Part shown: positions 44,361-53,769 of the stretch, one piece after another | Numbering within the stretch: the stretch's first letter is position 1 | How the letters are laid out: every line of letters begins with the position of its first letter | Origin: Syntrophales bacterium | GTDB taxonomy: Bacteria > Desulfobacterota > Syntrophia > Syntrophales > PHBD01 | DNA: 64,000 bases | Direction of reading: 5' to 3' | NCBI GenBank assembly: GCA_963668175.1 | Contig: OY764159.1 | Span: 2,592,001 to 2,656,000 of the forward strand | The notes under the pieces: generated by a model | What the model saw: only the letters and a program-made list of their open reading frames with translations | The model's database searches: none | What the model was told of the DNA's origin: nothing | Position numbers and translations under genes: made by a program

Positions 44361-44666
44361 ATGGATATACATCTTGTGGAGCAGGCGAACAATTACTTCA
44401 AGATGCGGGACAAAATATGGGAAAGCGGCTGGTGGTCGCTTGACGAAGACAAAGCCAGGGAACTGGTCGGAGGACATATCTATTTTCATAAAACGCAGCA
44501 GGAATCTTCCTTCTACGGGGGCATGGTCACGGGCTACCGGGTCGAGCAAGACGGGCAGAATCGAGGCAAAATCGTTTTCAGCCTTGAATACAGCGAGGCC
44601 TGCCGAAACGTCAAGACCGGCAAGGATGGATGGTCGAAAAAAATGAAGATCGTAAAATATGAGTGA
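44361..44666 (+). CDS. Hypothetical protein
   Basis: AGGAGG RBS before ATG 44361. Confidence 0.7.
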   Translation: MDIHLVEQANNYFKMRDKIWESGWWSLDEDKARELVGGHIYFHKTQQESSFYGGMVTGYRVEQDGQNRGKIVFSLEYSEACRNVKTGKDGWSKKMKIVKYE

Positions 44667-45015
44667 AGATCTGCTTGATTACTGGCTCCGGATAATCAGT
44701 CCGATTTTCCCGGCGAATGCCTGGATTGCTTCGAGTCTCTCCCGCGGCGATTACCTGATACAGATCGACTGGAAAATTGAAGACGAACCGCACAAACGCA
44801 ATAAACGTTCCCGGAAGATCCAGATAGTCGTCACGGAGCAGGCGATTGACGATTACCTGGACAAGAGCAAGGACGAGCGGGCCGAATCGGACGCCAAAAT
44901 AGTCGATTGGATTTCCAATCGCTATCGTCGGTTCAGGCGCGATCAGGAGGACATGCCGTCGCACGCCGTTTCTGCGGAGCGCTGGTGCATCTCCGGCGAT
45001 TTGATCCGCCCGTAG
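44659..45015 (+). CDS. Hypothetical protein
   Basis: Overlaps the previous stop (translational coupling). Confidence 0.65.
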   Translation: MSEDLLDYWLRIISPIFPANAWIASSLSRGDYLIQIDWKIEDEPHKRNKRSRKIQIVVTEQAIDDYLDKSKDERAESDAKIVDWISNRYRRFRRDQEDMPSHAVSAERWCISGDLIRP

Positions 45016-45142
45016 AGGCCGGGAAATCGAATCCTTAACGAGGGGTTGCGCCCCGTTCTTCCGTTCCGTCGGGCGGCCAAACGGCTGCGGTCGCGCGCGA
45101 AGAAGATCGCATGTCCTTAGAATGGTAATCGAAGTAAATACC

Positions 45143-45274
45143 TTGACTTCTATCGCGATCCATCCTATATGAACACATCTCGTTGCCTCCGGTGCTGAAC
45201 AAGGCAAGTTGGGCAAGGGCCTTTTGAAGCGTAAGGTAAACCGCCATACTCTTTGGAGCGTTGGCGGTTTTTTT
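45143..45274 (+). ncRNA. Candidate small RNA or attenuated leader
   Basis: TTGACT-N17-TATATG promoter, TTGCCT/AGGCAA hairpin, AAACCGCCA/TGGCGGTTT-T4 terminator; no convincing ORF. Confidence 0.35.
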
Positions 45275-45502
45275 CGTTTATGACGGAGATTGAAAACCTG
45301 GAAGGAGGGTCAACGTATGATTGCGGCTGAGGGAAAAGAGGGGCGGAAGGAGACCGTCTGCGGTTGACGTGCGGCGGAATCCCTTTCATGGCTCCCGGGC
45401 GATGGTCGCAAAGAGCGTTGTTGCGCGATAGCCGCCCTTGTCGGTAAGCGAGGGGCCTTGACAACCATTCATCATGAATCATCTAACCGGAAAGGATAGC
45501 GA

Positions 45503-45859
45503 ATGAACAAGAAATTATATGTAGGCAATCTGACGGCCGATGTCAACGAAGGCGATCTGCGGGCCAGTTTCGAGCAGGTAGGACCGGTGATATCCGTAAA
45601 CATCATCAAGGACAAATTCACCAGGCAATCCAAGGGATTCGGCTTTGTCGAAATGGAAACGGAAGCCGATGCCGGGAAGGCGATCAGTAGGTTCAATAAA
45701 GGGATACTTGACGGAAAGGCTATCGACGTCAGCGAAGCCAGAGAGAAAAGGGAAGGCGGCGGGGGCGGCGGACGCCCCGGCGGAGGCGGATACAGGGGTG
45801 GAGGACGGCCCGGCGGCGGAGGACGCCCCGGCGGAGGGGGCGGTCGCGGCAGGTATTAA
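45503..45859 (+). CDS. RRM RNA-binding protein with Gly/Arg-rich tail
   Basis: LYVGNL (RNP2), KGFGFVEM (RNP1), GGGRPGG repeats. Confidence 0.9.
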   Translation: MNKKLYVGNLTADVNEGDLRASFEQVGPVISVNIIKDKFTRQSKGFGFVEMETEADAGKAISRFNKGILDGKAIDVSEAREKREGGGGGGRPGGGGYRGGGRPGGGGRPGGGGGRGRY

Positions 45860-45904
45860 CGAACAGGACGGCATCGCCCCGGCCTGGTCCCGTGTAAATA
45901 ATCC

Positions 45905-45930
45905 TTGACAATCTTATCATCCGTTGATAA
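45905..45930 (+). promoter_or_regulatory. Promoter/operator of TA module
   Basis: TTGACA at 45905; palindrome TTATCA-N5-TGATAA at 45914-45930. Confidence 0.5.
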
Positions 45931-45943
45931 CCTATCGGCCGCG

Positions 45944-46291
45944 ATGAAAGACAAAAACGACTATGAATTGCAGACGTTATTGGATTTGTCTGGTCATGTA
46001 TATTATTTGGAAGGCGGGAGATATTGGGTAAAGTTTTCGGCGTCAAGGGTTGTTCCTTCCGAATTCATACCGCACGGGATCAAGTACTCGTTAACGCTGC
46101 ATGACCGGAACAACACAAGAATCGTTGGGTACGACAATGCGCACGACTGTCTGCCGAAAAGAAAACCTTACAGGGCCAGGAAGGTCACATGGGACCATGT
46201 CCACAAGAGAGATAAGGTCGAACCCTATGAATTCGATTCGGCGTCGCAACTGATGGAAGATTTTTGGGAGACGGTCAACAGCTTTATTTAG
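45944..46291 (+). CDS. DUF6516/TumE-like putative toxin
   Basis: PHGIKYSLTLHD...R..GYDNAH...DH.H. Confidence 0.7.
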   Translation: MKDKNDYELQTLLDLSGHVYYLEGGRYWVKFSASRVVPSEFIPHGIKYSLTLHDRNNTRIVGYDNAHDCLPKRKPYRARKVTWDHVHKRDKVEPYEFDSASQLMEDFWETVNSFI

Positions 46292-46311
46292 GGACGCAGG
46301 GGGTATTTGCA

Positions 46312-46668
46312 ATGGCAAAGGAAATGAAGATAGGGATTATGCCCAGGGAAGATTTCCAGGCCTATACCCTGGCCGTTGCCAGGGGCGAAAAGAAACTGAC
46401 CGGGAAAGAACCTAAGGTTTGGTTCGATTCCGTGGAATCCATGGCGCAGGTTCTGAGCACGAAAAACAGGGAGCTTCTGAAAATTATTCAGGAGCAGAAA
46501 CCGGAATCGCTGACGGAACTGGCGGCCGAATCGGGCCGGCGGCTGGCGAATCTGTCCCGGACGCTGAAAAACATGGAGCGCTACGGGATCGTCGAACTGG
46601 ACAAAGAAGGCGGTTCCGTGAAACCGAAAGTCCGCGTCAGTAAATTCCACGCGGTTTTCAGCTTGTAG
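46312..46668 (+). CDS. Winged-HTH putative antitoxin/regulator
   Basis: LS.KNRELL..I....PESLTELA..SGR...NLSRTLK..ERYGIV. Confidence 0.75.
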   Translation: MAKEMKIGIMPREDFQAYTLAVARGEKKLTGKEPKVWFDSVESMAQVLSTKNRELLKIIQEQKPESLTELAAESGRRLANLSRTLKNMERYGIVELDKEGGSVKPKVRVSKFHAVFSL

Positions 46669-46766
46669 AAAAAAGCGTTTGCATCGACAGGGGCGGCGGG
46701 GCGGGAAAATGTCACCCCTGTTGTCATTTAATCAAAATTCTGTGTCTTGAATCCTCGCCTTTTGAA

Positions 46767-47516
46767 CTAGCGTTTAATAAAGAACGGCAAATAGACTTCG
46801 CTCAAACGCGGAGGATCTGCAATCTCTTGCTCGTCGTATTTCAAGTCAGGAAGGTATTGCTTTGCAATTACCAATAACATCTCATTCAAGAATATGATGG
46901 TTTTCCCTGCCACTTCAAGTGTTTCTGCCATGTAGGTTTCGATGCCCCTTGTTGCGTTCTCCGGATCTATGGTCGCTGCTATGCCTCTTGCATATAGTAG
47001 GAAAGAAGCAGAATAGAGACAATTCCCCTGCGCTTCTGAGAGATAGTTTTCTAAGACCTCGTCCTCGGGCATTTGCTCCAGCTGGTTGACCACTTGTTTG
47101 CGATCATAATGGAAAGAAAACCAGTTTCTCACTTTACTCATCCATGAATTCTTGCTGAAGTAGCTTTTTAAGAAATCAAGGCTCTCCGTTCCTTCTTTGT
47201 TCAATCGGTTTTCATACTCCTTGGCCACTCGCCCACGAAAGAAGGTCGATTGAAGGCATTGCCAACATTCCCAAAGTTTCCCCACTAAGAGGGTCTGGAA
47301 GAACAAGCGCTGAGTAATTTGTGCTCTTCGTTCCACTTCGCTGACCACGTCCTTGTTAAATAAGTACATGATTTTATGTAGTATGTTAATTTCGTTGAGT
47401 ATTGTCCCGAAAACAATGAAGAGCACACGATCCTTTTCTGGCATTTTCTCAAACATATTTTTGGTTAAATCTATTCTATATACCTTCATCATCTCTTTTA
47501 TCTCTCTGTTCTCCAT
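46767..47516 (-). CDS. Hypothetical protein with HEPN-like RNxxxxH motif
   Basis: KVRNWFSFHY in a helical, AT-rich ORF. Confidence 0.6.
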   Translation of the reverse strand: MENREIKEMMKVYRIDLTKNMFEKMPEKDRVLFIVFGTILNEINILHKIMYLFNKDVVSEVERRAQITQRLFFQTLLVGKLWECWQCLQSTFFRGRVAKEYENRLNKEGTESLDFLKSYFSKNSWMSKVRNWFSFHYDRKQVVNQLEQMPEDEVLENYLSEAQGNCLYSASFLLYARGIAATIDPENATRGIETYMAETLEVAGKTIIFLNEMLLVIAKQYLPDLKYDEQEIADPPRLSEVYLPFFIKR

Positions 47517-48551
47517 TCAACTTCGTTTAGGAGACAATGCCGCAAGTATACGCCCCATAAGCTCACCAGATGTTGCCACAGACCCGATATCTTCCTTATC
47601 TGTTTTGACTATGCCTGGGTCACCGAAATCAATTATTTCTTCGCAAAGTTTCGCTAGAATAAGATCACGCTGTTGTGGCTCAAGAGCAGAATTTACGAAG
47701 CCTTCGACACTATTCGCCACTCTAACCCTATGGTGATTTTTTTCCATCATATGAATATGTGCCCTTAATATCCGAAAGAAAAAAGCTGCGCTCGCACCCG
47801 CAGTGCTTAAAACAAAAATTCGCAGAATGGTGTGATATATTGCTACAGGCCACTGTTCTGATGGAGGAAGAGGCCACCACATGAAAGCGAATGCCAAACC
47901 GATTAGGATAAGCACAGATAAACCCGTAAGCCACGCCCATAGTTTTAGTTTCTTTTTAGCGTCGGTCGTCGCTTCATTAAATTGATTTTGAGCTTCCTCA
48001 ATAGAAATCTTTGCTGCTGTCTTTCGAGCTCTCGTCTCGATCTCTTCAGCGAGTGCCTTAGCCCCTTGTATCGATTTTTCGGCTTCTTCTTTTATTGTTG
48101 CTATTGTTGCAGTTGTTTGTTTCTGTAATTGATCAACAACACGTGCATACTCGTGCCGTATACCCTCGTCATCTAGGAATCCTCGGTCCAATATGGCTGT
48201 AGCTGCAAACAATGGTTCCCATTGCCTTGCCTGTTCCATTAGACTTTGCATCGAACTTACAAAAGTATTTTTTTGGGCTATATAATCTGATGGTAACCTT
48301 ACCTGTTGCTCTATCATTAGATCTGCGATGCGATTTAAAGCAGTCTTGGCTTGTTCCACGTAGCTATCATGTACGTTAGGCGCATGATGCGATACAAATT
48401 CTTTCAAATGGCGGATTCTGGCAAGAATCGGTGCAAATATTTTTTCCAGTGATTCATCCCCTAATCCTCTGCGCAGCAATTTGTCCACATCTACACTGTC
48501 AAATTTTTTTAGTACCAGTTCCAATTCTTTCCGCTTTTCGTCTGATGCCAT
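47517..48551 (-). CDS. Hypothetical coiled-coil protein with two C-terminal TM helices
   Basis: Heptad-rich middle, two hydrophobic segments; TGA directly abuts the next ATG. Confidence 0.7.
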   Translation of the reverse strand: MASDEKRKELELVLKKFDSVDVDKLLRRGLGDESLEKIFAPILARIRHLKEFVSHHAPNVHDSYVEQAKTALNRIADLMIEQQVRLPSDYIAQKNTFVSSMQSLMEQARQWEPLFAATAILDRGFLDDEGIRHEYARVVDQLQKQTTATIATIKEEAEKSIQGAKALAEEIETRARKTAAKISIEEAQNQFNEATTDAKKKLKLWAWLTGLSVLILIGLAFAFMWWPLPPSEQWPVAIYHTILRIFVLSTAGASAAFFFRILRAHIHMMEKNHHRVRVANSVEGFVNSALEPQQRDLILAKLCEEIIDFGDPGIVKTDKEDIGSVATSGELMGRILAALSPKRS

Positions 48552-48901
48552 TAATTTACCTCTTGCATCGCGCTAAGAGATGCGGCTAGGAAGCCATTTA
48601 TTTGCAGAATAACTACGTTATCGTATTTAACAAATAAATACTGAATTGGAGGTCGAGAGGTATTACCGATTCAGGAGTTAGCGAAATGTGATCATGAGAG
48701 TAAAATTTACAATCGACTCTGCCCCGGTTAATGGTTATTGTCAAGACAAAATATCAGCATAGTATCCCTAAAAAACGCGGTCTGGCGATAACGATGCAAG
48801 GAAGTGCAAGCGGATAAGAAAGGAGAAGTGATAAGATCCGAGTCCGAGGCTTCTAGTGCTGACCGTCCCAGAGCAAAGCAATTTGATTCCGGCGTTTCCG
48901 T

Positions 48902-49054
48902 TTACCGCTTGTACCACGTCAAATTGCATTCGCGGATTTCGAGGCGTTTGCCGGCGCATTGGTTGTCGGTGAAGGCGGTTTCGATATGAAATGTAATCGA
49001 AGTGGTCCGCTGAACGTTGTACACGCCGAAACGGGAGGTGCCCGCACAGAACAT
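48902..49054 (-). pseudogene. Orphan 50-codon paralog of the C-terminus of the 50352-51305 gene
   Basis: MFCAGTSRFGVYNVQRTTSITFHIETAFTDNQCAGKRLEIRECNLTWYKR aligns with GDPRFAAFQVKRKTPVTFHLDTRFEGNRGTGKRIEVRECTASFVKR. Confidence 0.75.
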
Positions 49055-49096
49055 GTCTGCCCTTCGATGAGGCCTTGGATGAAAATACAGGGATCT

Positions 49097-49963
49097 TCAT
49101 TTTACGTTCTGCTGGTTCCTCAAGCCAAGCACCGAAAAAGCCGTGTTCAACAACGTAGTCACACCGCTAGTTATTGCCACGGCACCGTATTTACGAGCCT
49201 CGTCCCCGTATCTTTTCGCAGAATATGCGCCACAGAAGATGATCGCGGGTGCTTTGATCCTCCTATCTGACAATTCCCGAAGCAAATCGAGCCCGGCAGT
49301 TTTATCGCTACCGCGCGCCATATCGGATATGATGAGGTCGAACGATTGGGAGGATAAGGCGTCCATCGCGGCTTGTGTCGTAAGCACGGATGTTATCTGA
49401 ACGCCGCTATTTCGAAGAATCTCCGCCGGGACATCGTTATTTGAGGGAATATCGTCCACCCAGAGAATCTTCCTTGTCTCTGGGACCGGCCTTGCCGAAA
49501 TGTCGGAAGAGGGCGGAATAGTCGGGGAGAACATGGCGACATTGATATCGCGCACCTGGTCGGTCCAAGTCGATTTGAGCTCCTTGACCTGACGCTCAAG
49601 GTCGTCACGCAGCCGCTGAACCTCGTTGCCAAACTCTTTTACTTTGTCATCAATGGCGTTTTTTGCAAGTGCGTCGATTCGGTTGTTGACCTGTTCGGTC
49701 ACCTCTTTTTTAGTCCGCCATTGCATCCATGTGAAGATGGAACCCAGAATGATGACTGAAGCGGCAAGAATTCCGACCAGTTTATTATAAAGACTTTCCA
49801 CGACTTGCAGATGCCTTGCCATTTCGTCGTGCAGTAGCTTGGAGTATTTTAGGAGCACAGGGCCGTCATCCGCCATCGGCGGCGCCTGGCCATATGCGGT
49901 AGACAAGAACAGACCGGCCGTTACGCCTAAGATGCTAATCAATATAAGATAACGTTTCATCAT
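49097..49963 (-). CDS. Membrane-anchored protein with coiled coil and C-terminal receiver domain
   Basis: Signal-like N-terminus, TM helix, ILWVDD...FDLIISDM..G..AGLDLL. Confidence 0.75.
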   Translation of the reverse strand: MMKRYLILISILGVTAGLFLSTAYGQAPPMADDGPVLLKYSKLLHDEMARHLQVVESLYNKLVGILAASVIILGSIFTWMQWRTKKEVTEQVNNRIDALAKNAIDDKVKEFGNEVQRLRDDLERQVKELKSTWTDQVRDINVAMFSPTIPPSSDISARPVPETRKILWVDDIPSNNDVPAEILRNSGVQITSVLTTQAAMDALSSQSFDLIISDMARGSDKTAGLDLLRELSDRRIKAPAIIFCGAYSAKRYGDEARKYGAVAITSGVTTLLNTAFSVLGLRNQQNVK

Positions 49964-50238
49964 ATCAGCCTCCTGATTTAATTGGCGAACCTAATATCGG
50001 TTAAAAAAAACGTACAGAGGAAATCCGATTCATCATCTAATGCCGGTGCAACAGTGTAGTTATGATGATGCGAATGATAGTGTAGATTTACACCAATCGG
50101 AGCAAAAGCGTGACAGATTAAGATAGTATAATTCAAATATCTGAATAATCCACTTTGTCAAGAGGTTTGTCGGCGATTCGATTAAATTGATTGATACATC
50201 CGGCCCCCCTAGGGCTTCATTTAAATAGACTACATCCC

Positions 50239-50292
50239 TCACCTCTTATACCACTTAAGTTTGCATTCGCGGATTTCGAGGCTTTTGCCGGT
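50239..50292 (-). pseudogene. Second orphan copy (17 codons) of the same C-terminus
   Basis: TGKSLEIRECKLKWYKR*; TTGCATTCGCGGATTTCGAGGC shared with the copy at ~48924-48945. Confidence 0.7.
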
Positions 50293-50351
50293 GCGGGTCC
50301 GTCACCATATTTTAGGCTTGGGAAGGCAGGCGCGTTACGCAGTGTTTCGGC

Positions 50352-51305
50352 TTACCGCTTCACAAACGATGCGGTGCATTCCCGGACTTCGATGCGTTTG
50401 CCGGTGCCGCGGTTGCCCTCGAAGCGGGTATCGAGATGAAATGTGACGGGGGTTTTCCTCTTCACCTGGAAGGCGGCAAAGCGGGGATCGCCGGAGTAGC
50501 CCTTGACGGTGATGAGGGACGTGCCGTCCGGGTTGATCTCCCCGTCGAAGGTGAAGGGCACTGAACCGTGAGGCGGGGTGTACTCGCCGTGGAAGACGCC
50601 GTCCTTGACGTCGCCGGTGAATTGATAGCCATAGCCGAGGGCGCCGTCCGTATGGCGGGGGCAGACGAGGGTGACATTCCACGTGCCGTCGAAGCGGTTC
50701 CTGTCGGCCGGGGCGGGTGCATCCGCCTTGTTCAAGAGCGTCCGGACCTCGCCGGTCATGGGGATGCTGACGGAGGCGGCGGCAGATACCGAGCCCGTCT
50801 CCACGGAAATAAGGCGCGCGTTGATCCGGACGCTCGTGCGGAGATCGGCGAGCGTCCCGGTGGTCAGGGCGTCCACGCCCAAAACCCGACCGAACTTGGA
50901 CGCGGTCCCGGCATCGACCAGGCCGGAGGCGGAGAGTTTCTGCTCGTCCATCATCTTCTGCAAAAGCTGCCGCTCGACGATCTGGAACCTGCCGGTGCGG
51001 AAAAGGCGCGTGGTCAGCTCCTCGGCCAGGTATTTCCCCAGGTCCGAAGTCTTCCCTTCAAGGCTCGTGAACTCGACGACGGCGATCTTGTGGGTCCTGC
51101 GGACGTTAAGGCCGGAGATGATCTGGGAGGCGAGGTTGTCGATCTGTTTGTCAAGTTCTTTGGCCTGCGGTTCTCTGGTCTGCGGTTCTCTGGTCTGCCT
51201 CTGCTGCTCGGGCGGCGGGGGTTGGTTCTGGAGTCGTTCGGCGGCGCAAGGGGCCGCTGCGGCGAGGCACAGGAGGCCCGCCAGGATATACGGGATGGTT
51301 TTCAT
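50352..51305 (-). CDS. Secreted protein with CsgG/FlgO-like domain and beta-rich C-terminal domain
   Basis: KIAVVEF...LAEELTTRL...FQIVER..L...EQKL..SGLVD...G..LGVD...G...RINARLISVETG. Confidence 0.8.
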   Translation of the reverse strand: MKTIPYILAGLLCLAAAAPCAAERLQNQPPPPEQQRQTREPQTREPQAKELDKQIDNLASQIISGLNVRRTHKIAVVEFTSLEGKTSDLGKYLAEELTTRLFRTGRFQIVERQLLQKMMDEQKLSASGLVDAGTASKFGRVLGVDALTTGTLADLRTSVRINARLISVETGSVSAAASVSIPMTGEVRTLLNKADAPAPADRNRFDGTWNVTLVCPRHTDGALGYGYQFTGDVKDGVFHGEYTPPHGSVPFTFDGEINPDGTSLITVKGYSGDPRFAAFQVKRKTPVTFHLDTRFEGNRGTGKRIEVRECTASFVKR

Positions 51306-51393
51306 TTCATGTCTCCGGTTGATCCCCCGCCCAATTGCGGCGGATGTTACGGGGCCGGACTCTCCGCGGCCGGCCCCCGCGAACGCCTGTATC

Positions 51394-51765
51394 TTACGGC
51401 GCGTAGCACTTGATGGAGCTGATCTTGTCGTTATAGCCGGCCTTCACCATGTCGTAGGTCCCTTTGGTCAGCGGACCGATCTTGCTGCCCTTGAATTTGA
51501 TGTCCGTGTAGAACTCGCACTTGATCCCGGGGCCGAGGACGATGGACGAAATCATGTCGTTGATGTTCTGGCTGCCGCCGAACTTCCTCAGGTCGGCCTC
51601 GTTGGTCGACGTGCCGAGAGCGACGAACCAGCCGCCGCAGTTGACATGCTCGAAGGCTTTCCCGGTGCCGTTGGCAAGGTCGCCGGGGACGGGACAGTCG
51701 GCCCAGGCCGCGGCGGGAACCAGCAGCAGGGCGAAAACGATGAACAGCGCGCATCTCTTGGTCAT
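51394..51765 (-). CDS. Secreted beta/gamma-crystallin-like domain protein
   Basis: AAGGAGG RBS; NDMISSI..GPG....FY....FKG and NDKISSI Greek-key signatures. Confidence 0.7.
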   Translation of the reverse strand: MTKRCALFIVFALLLVPAAAWADCPVPGDLANGTGKAFEHVNCGGWFVALGTSTNEADLRKFGGSQNINDMISSIVLGPGIKCEFYTDIKFKGSKIGPLTKGTYDMVKAGYNDKISSIKCYAP

Positions 51766-52180
51766 GGCATCCTCCTTGTCGTTCAGGGAATTACAGACCG
51801 GGACGCACGGCGGGATAAGGCAACCCTGGACCATCGGCGGGCGCGCCCCGTCGCGGCGGCCTCGTTCTACGTTCTGTGTATCGTCGTTTAAGCCGTTATA
51901 CAGGGTATCGTTTTGATTGTCAATGTCGCGCTTTGCGCGGCTGCGGCGGGGCGGAGCGGACACCGCGGGCCGGGGGCTTTTCCCGGACGGCGGCAGCGGC
52001 ACGCGCATGTGAAGAATTGTTAATTTATCTCAAATCCGCCGGGGGAGAGCGGGGCGCCGCCATCTGCTATCGGGAAAATCTGTAAAATCGTCGGAATTTT
52101 TACAGCGGATGCCGATCGACGCAACAGGCGGAGTTATTTAGCCCTTTATCTGTATGGCGGGTATCCGTCATGCCTCCGTC

Positions 52181-52279
52181 TGTCGGATAATTTTACAGAA
52201 TCCGATACTTTTTTAAGCGACGCAATCGTTCGATTGTACATAATATCAATGAAGTACTTCATATGGCCCATGTATTGCA
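52181..52279 (+). promoter_or_regulatory. Sigma54 promoter plus upstream 17-bp box
   Basis: TGTCGGATAATTTTACA (52181-52197); TGGCCCATGTATTGCA (52264-52279). Confidence 0.7.
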
Positions 52280-52340
52280 ATTCCGGAAGGCGCTGGGCTG
52301 GGACTTACAATACGAATGAGGGAGGAGTTAGACTAAGACG

Positions 52341-52898
52341 ATGAAACGCAAGATTGTACTTTTTCTGTTGGGCTTCGTGTTCATGCCGGCTTTGGCGTCG
52401 GCGGCGTCATTCAATTTCACCGGGACGATCAGTTACAATACCGATGTCGTGCAAATCACCTTCACCCTGTTAAACGATGCGACCAATGTGAGCCTTTACA
52501 CGAACTCGTTTAACGGCGGGGCGAACTTCGATCCCATAACGGCCTTGTGGACCGGCAGCGGCGCCTTGATCGCCCAAAACGACGACATAGATACCGCAAG
52601 CATCAATTTTGATTCGGGTATCTATCTCAGTTCGCTTTCGGCGGGGACCTATATCCTCACGATTGCGGCCTATGACAATTGGTCAAACGGTTTGACGCTG
52701 GCCGAAGGATTCTGGTACGACGGCACGGAGCCGGTGGCGATTACGGAATGGAGCGGCGGCTCCGGCTACTACAGCGTGGTTCTCGAAGGCGTCGATTCGG
52801 CAGTCGATACCACGGCGGTTCCGGAACCGGCCACCGTACTGCTTCTGGGATTGGGCCTGGTAGGCGCGGCCGTTGCCCGCAAGAAGTTTCGCAAGTAG
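52341..52898 (+). CDS. PEP-CTERM sorting domain protein (DVUA0089-like)
   Basis: Signal peptide; FDP..ALW...NDD; VPEPAT + TM + RKKFRK. Confidence 0.9.
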   Translation: MKRKIVLFLLGFVFMPALASAASFNFTGTISYNTDVVQITFTLLNDATNVSLYTNSFNGGANFDPITALWTGSGALIAQNDDIDTASINFDSGIYLSSLSAGTYILTIAAYDNWSNGLTLAEGFWYDGTEPVAITEWSGGSGYYSVVLEGVDSAVDTTAVPEPATVLLLGLGLVGAAVARKKFRK

Positions 52899-52925
52899 AT
52901 AGCATCCGCCGAGATTTGAAAATAT

Positions 52926-52958
52926 AAAGGCAGGGTCTTTCCAAGGCCCTGCCTTTTT
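52926..52958 (+). terminator. Rho-independent terminator
   Basis: AAAGGCAGGG...CCCTGCCTTTTT. Confidence 0.75.
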
Positions 52959-53069
52959 GCGTTCAAGCTCCCTTCCTGCCGCCCGCCTGTTGGAGAAAAC
53001 GCGTCACGGGCCTGTCTTTGCGGCGCGCGTTCCGCCCGTTCATTCCGCCTGTTCATTCGTCCGGCGCGT

Positions 53070-53756
53070 TCAGTCGCGCCGCGGGCGGCGGATCGTGAGC
53101 ATTTCGTTGCCGCCGATCTGGAATTCGTAATCGACGCGGGTGACTGCGGCCTCCATGTGTCCGCAGCCGGAGACGATTTTCTCGACGTAGGGCGACCGGC
53201 GGCCGTTCATGTCGAGCAGCGGGAAGATGCGGACCTCCCGCGCGACGCGGAGCATCTCCGCGACGGCAGCGGCGTGGAAGTCGTAGGAGAGATCGTCCGT
53301 GTACAGGAAAAGGAGGTGGGAGCACAGGGCGATGCCGAACGCGCCGTCGGCGAAGGGGAGATCGGGTAGTGCCGCCGCCACGTACCTTCCGGCGAGCCTG
53401 CCCTGTTCGTAGGAGGCGAGGAACCGCTTCATGGCGGCCATTCTCGCCCGGCCGAGATCGGCGACGGACGGGAAGACGTCCCAGCGGAACTGCTCCCTGT
53501 GCGCTTCCGTCTCCCGCATGACGGAGGGATACGCGGCTTCGACGGCGGCTTCCAGCGCGGCGGGCGACAGGATGTAGAGCGGATCGACGGAAACGACGCG
53601 GCCGCCACGGGCGCTGCATTCGCAGTTGAAGCTCGCGGGACCGTCGCCGCAGCCCAGGATGTTAAGTTTCAGGTCGTCTTCCGTGAGGGCGAACATCCGC
53701 ACGTACTCGTCGTAGTTCCGCCCCCACGGGACAATGCCTTGATAGCGTATGGTCAT
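53070..53756 (-). CDS. Class I SAM-dependent methyltransferase-like protein
   Basis: ILGCGDGPASF, LPFADGAF..ALCSHLLF, EMLRVA. Confidence 0.8.
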   Translation of the reverse strand: MTIRYQGIVPWGRNYDEYVRMFALTEDDLKLNILGCGDGPASFNCECSARGGRVVSVDPLYILSPAALEAAVEAAYPSVMRETEAHREQFRWDVFPSVADLGRARMAAMKRFLASYEQGRLAGRYVAAALPDLPFADGAFGIALCSHLLFLYTDDLSYDFHAAAVAEMLRVAREVRIFPLLDMNGRRSPYVEKIVSGCGHMEAAVTRVDYEFQIGGNEMLTIRRPRRD

Positions 53757-53769
53757 GGCTTCGGCCTGT

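Noticed and set aside
45760..45850. GGCGGACGCCCCGGCGGAGG tandem-like repeats
   Set aside because: Explained by the Gly/Arg-rich tail of the RRM protein.
48902..50460. Diversity-generating retroelement (TR/VR pair)
   Set aside because: Differences between copies are not adenine-specific and no reverse transcriptase is in the window. The PFOR tail repeat has too few differences to judge and also lacks an RT.
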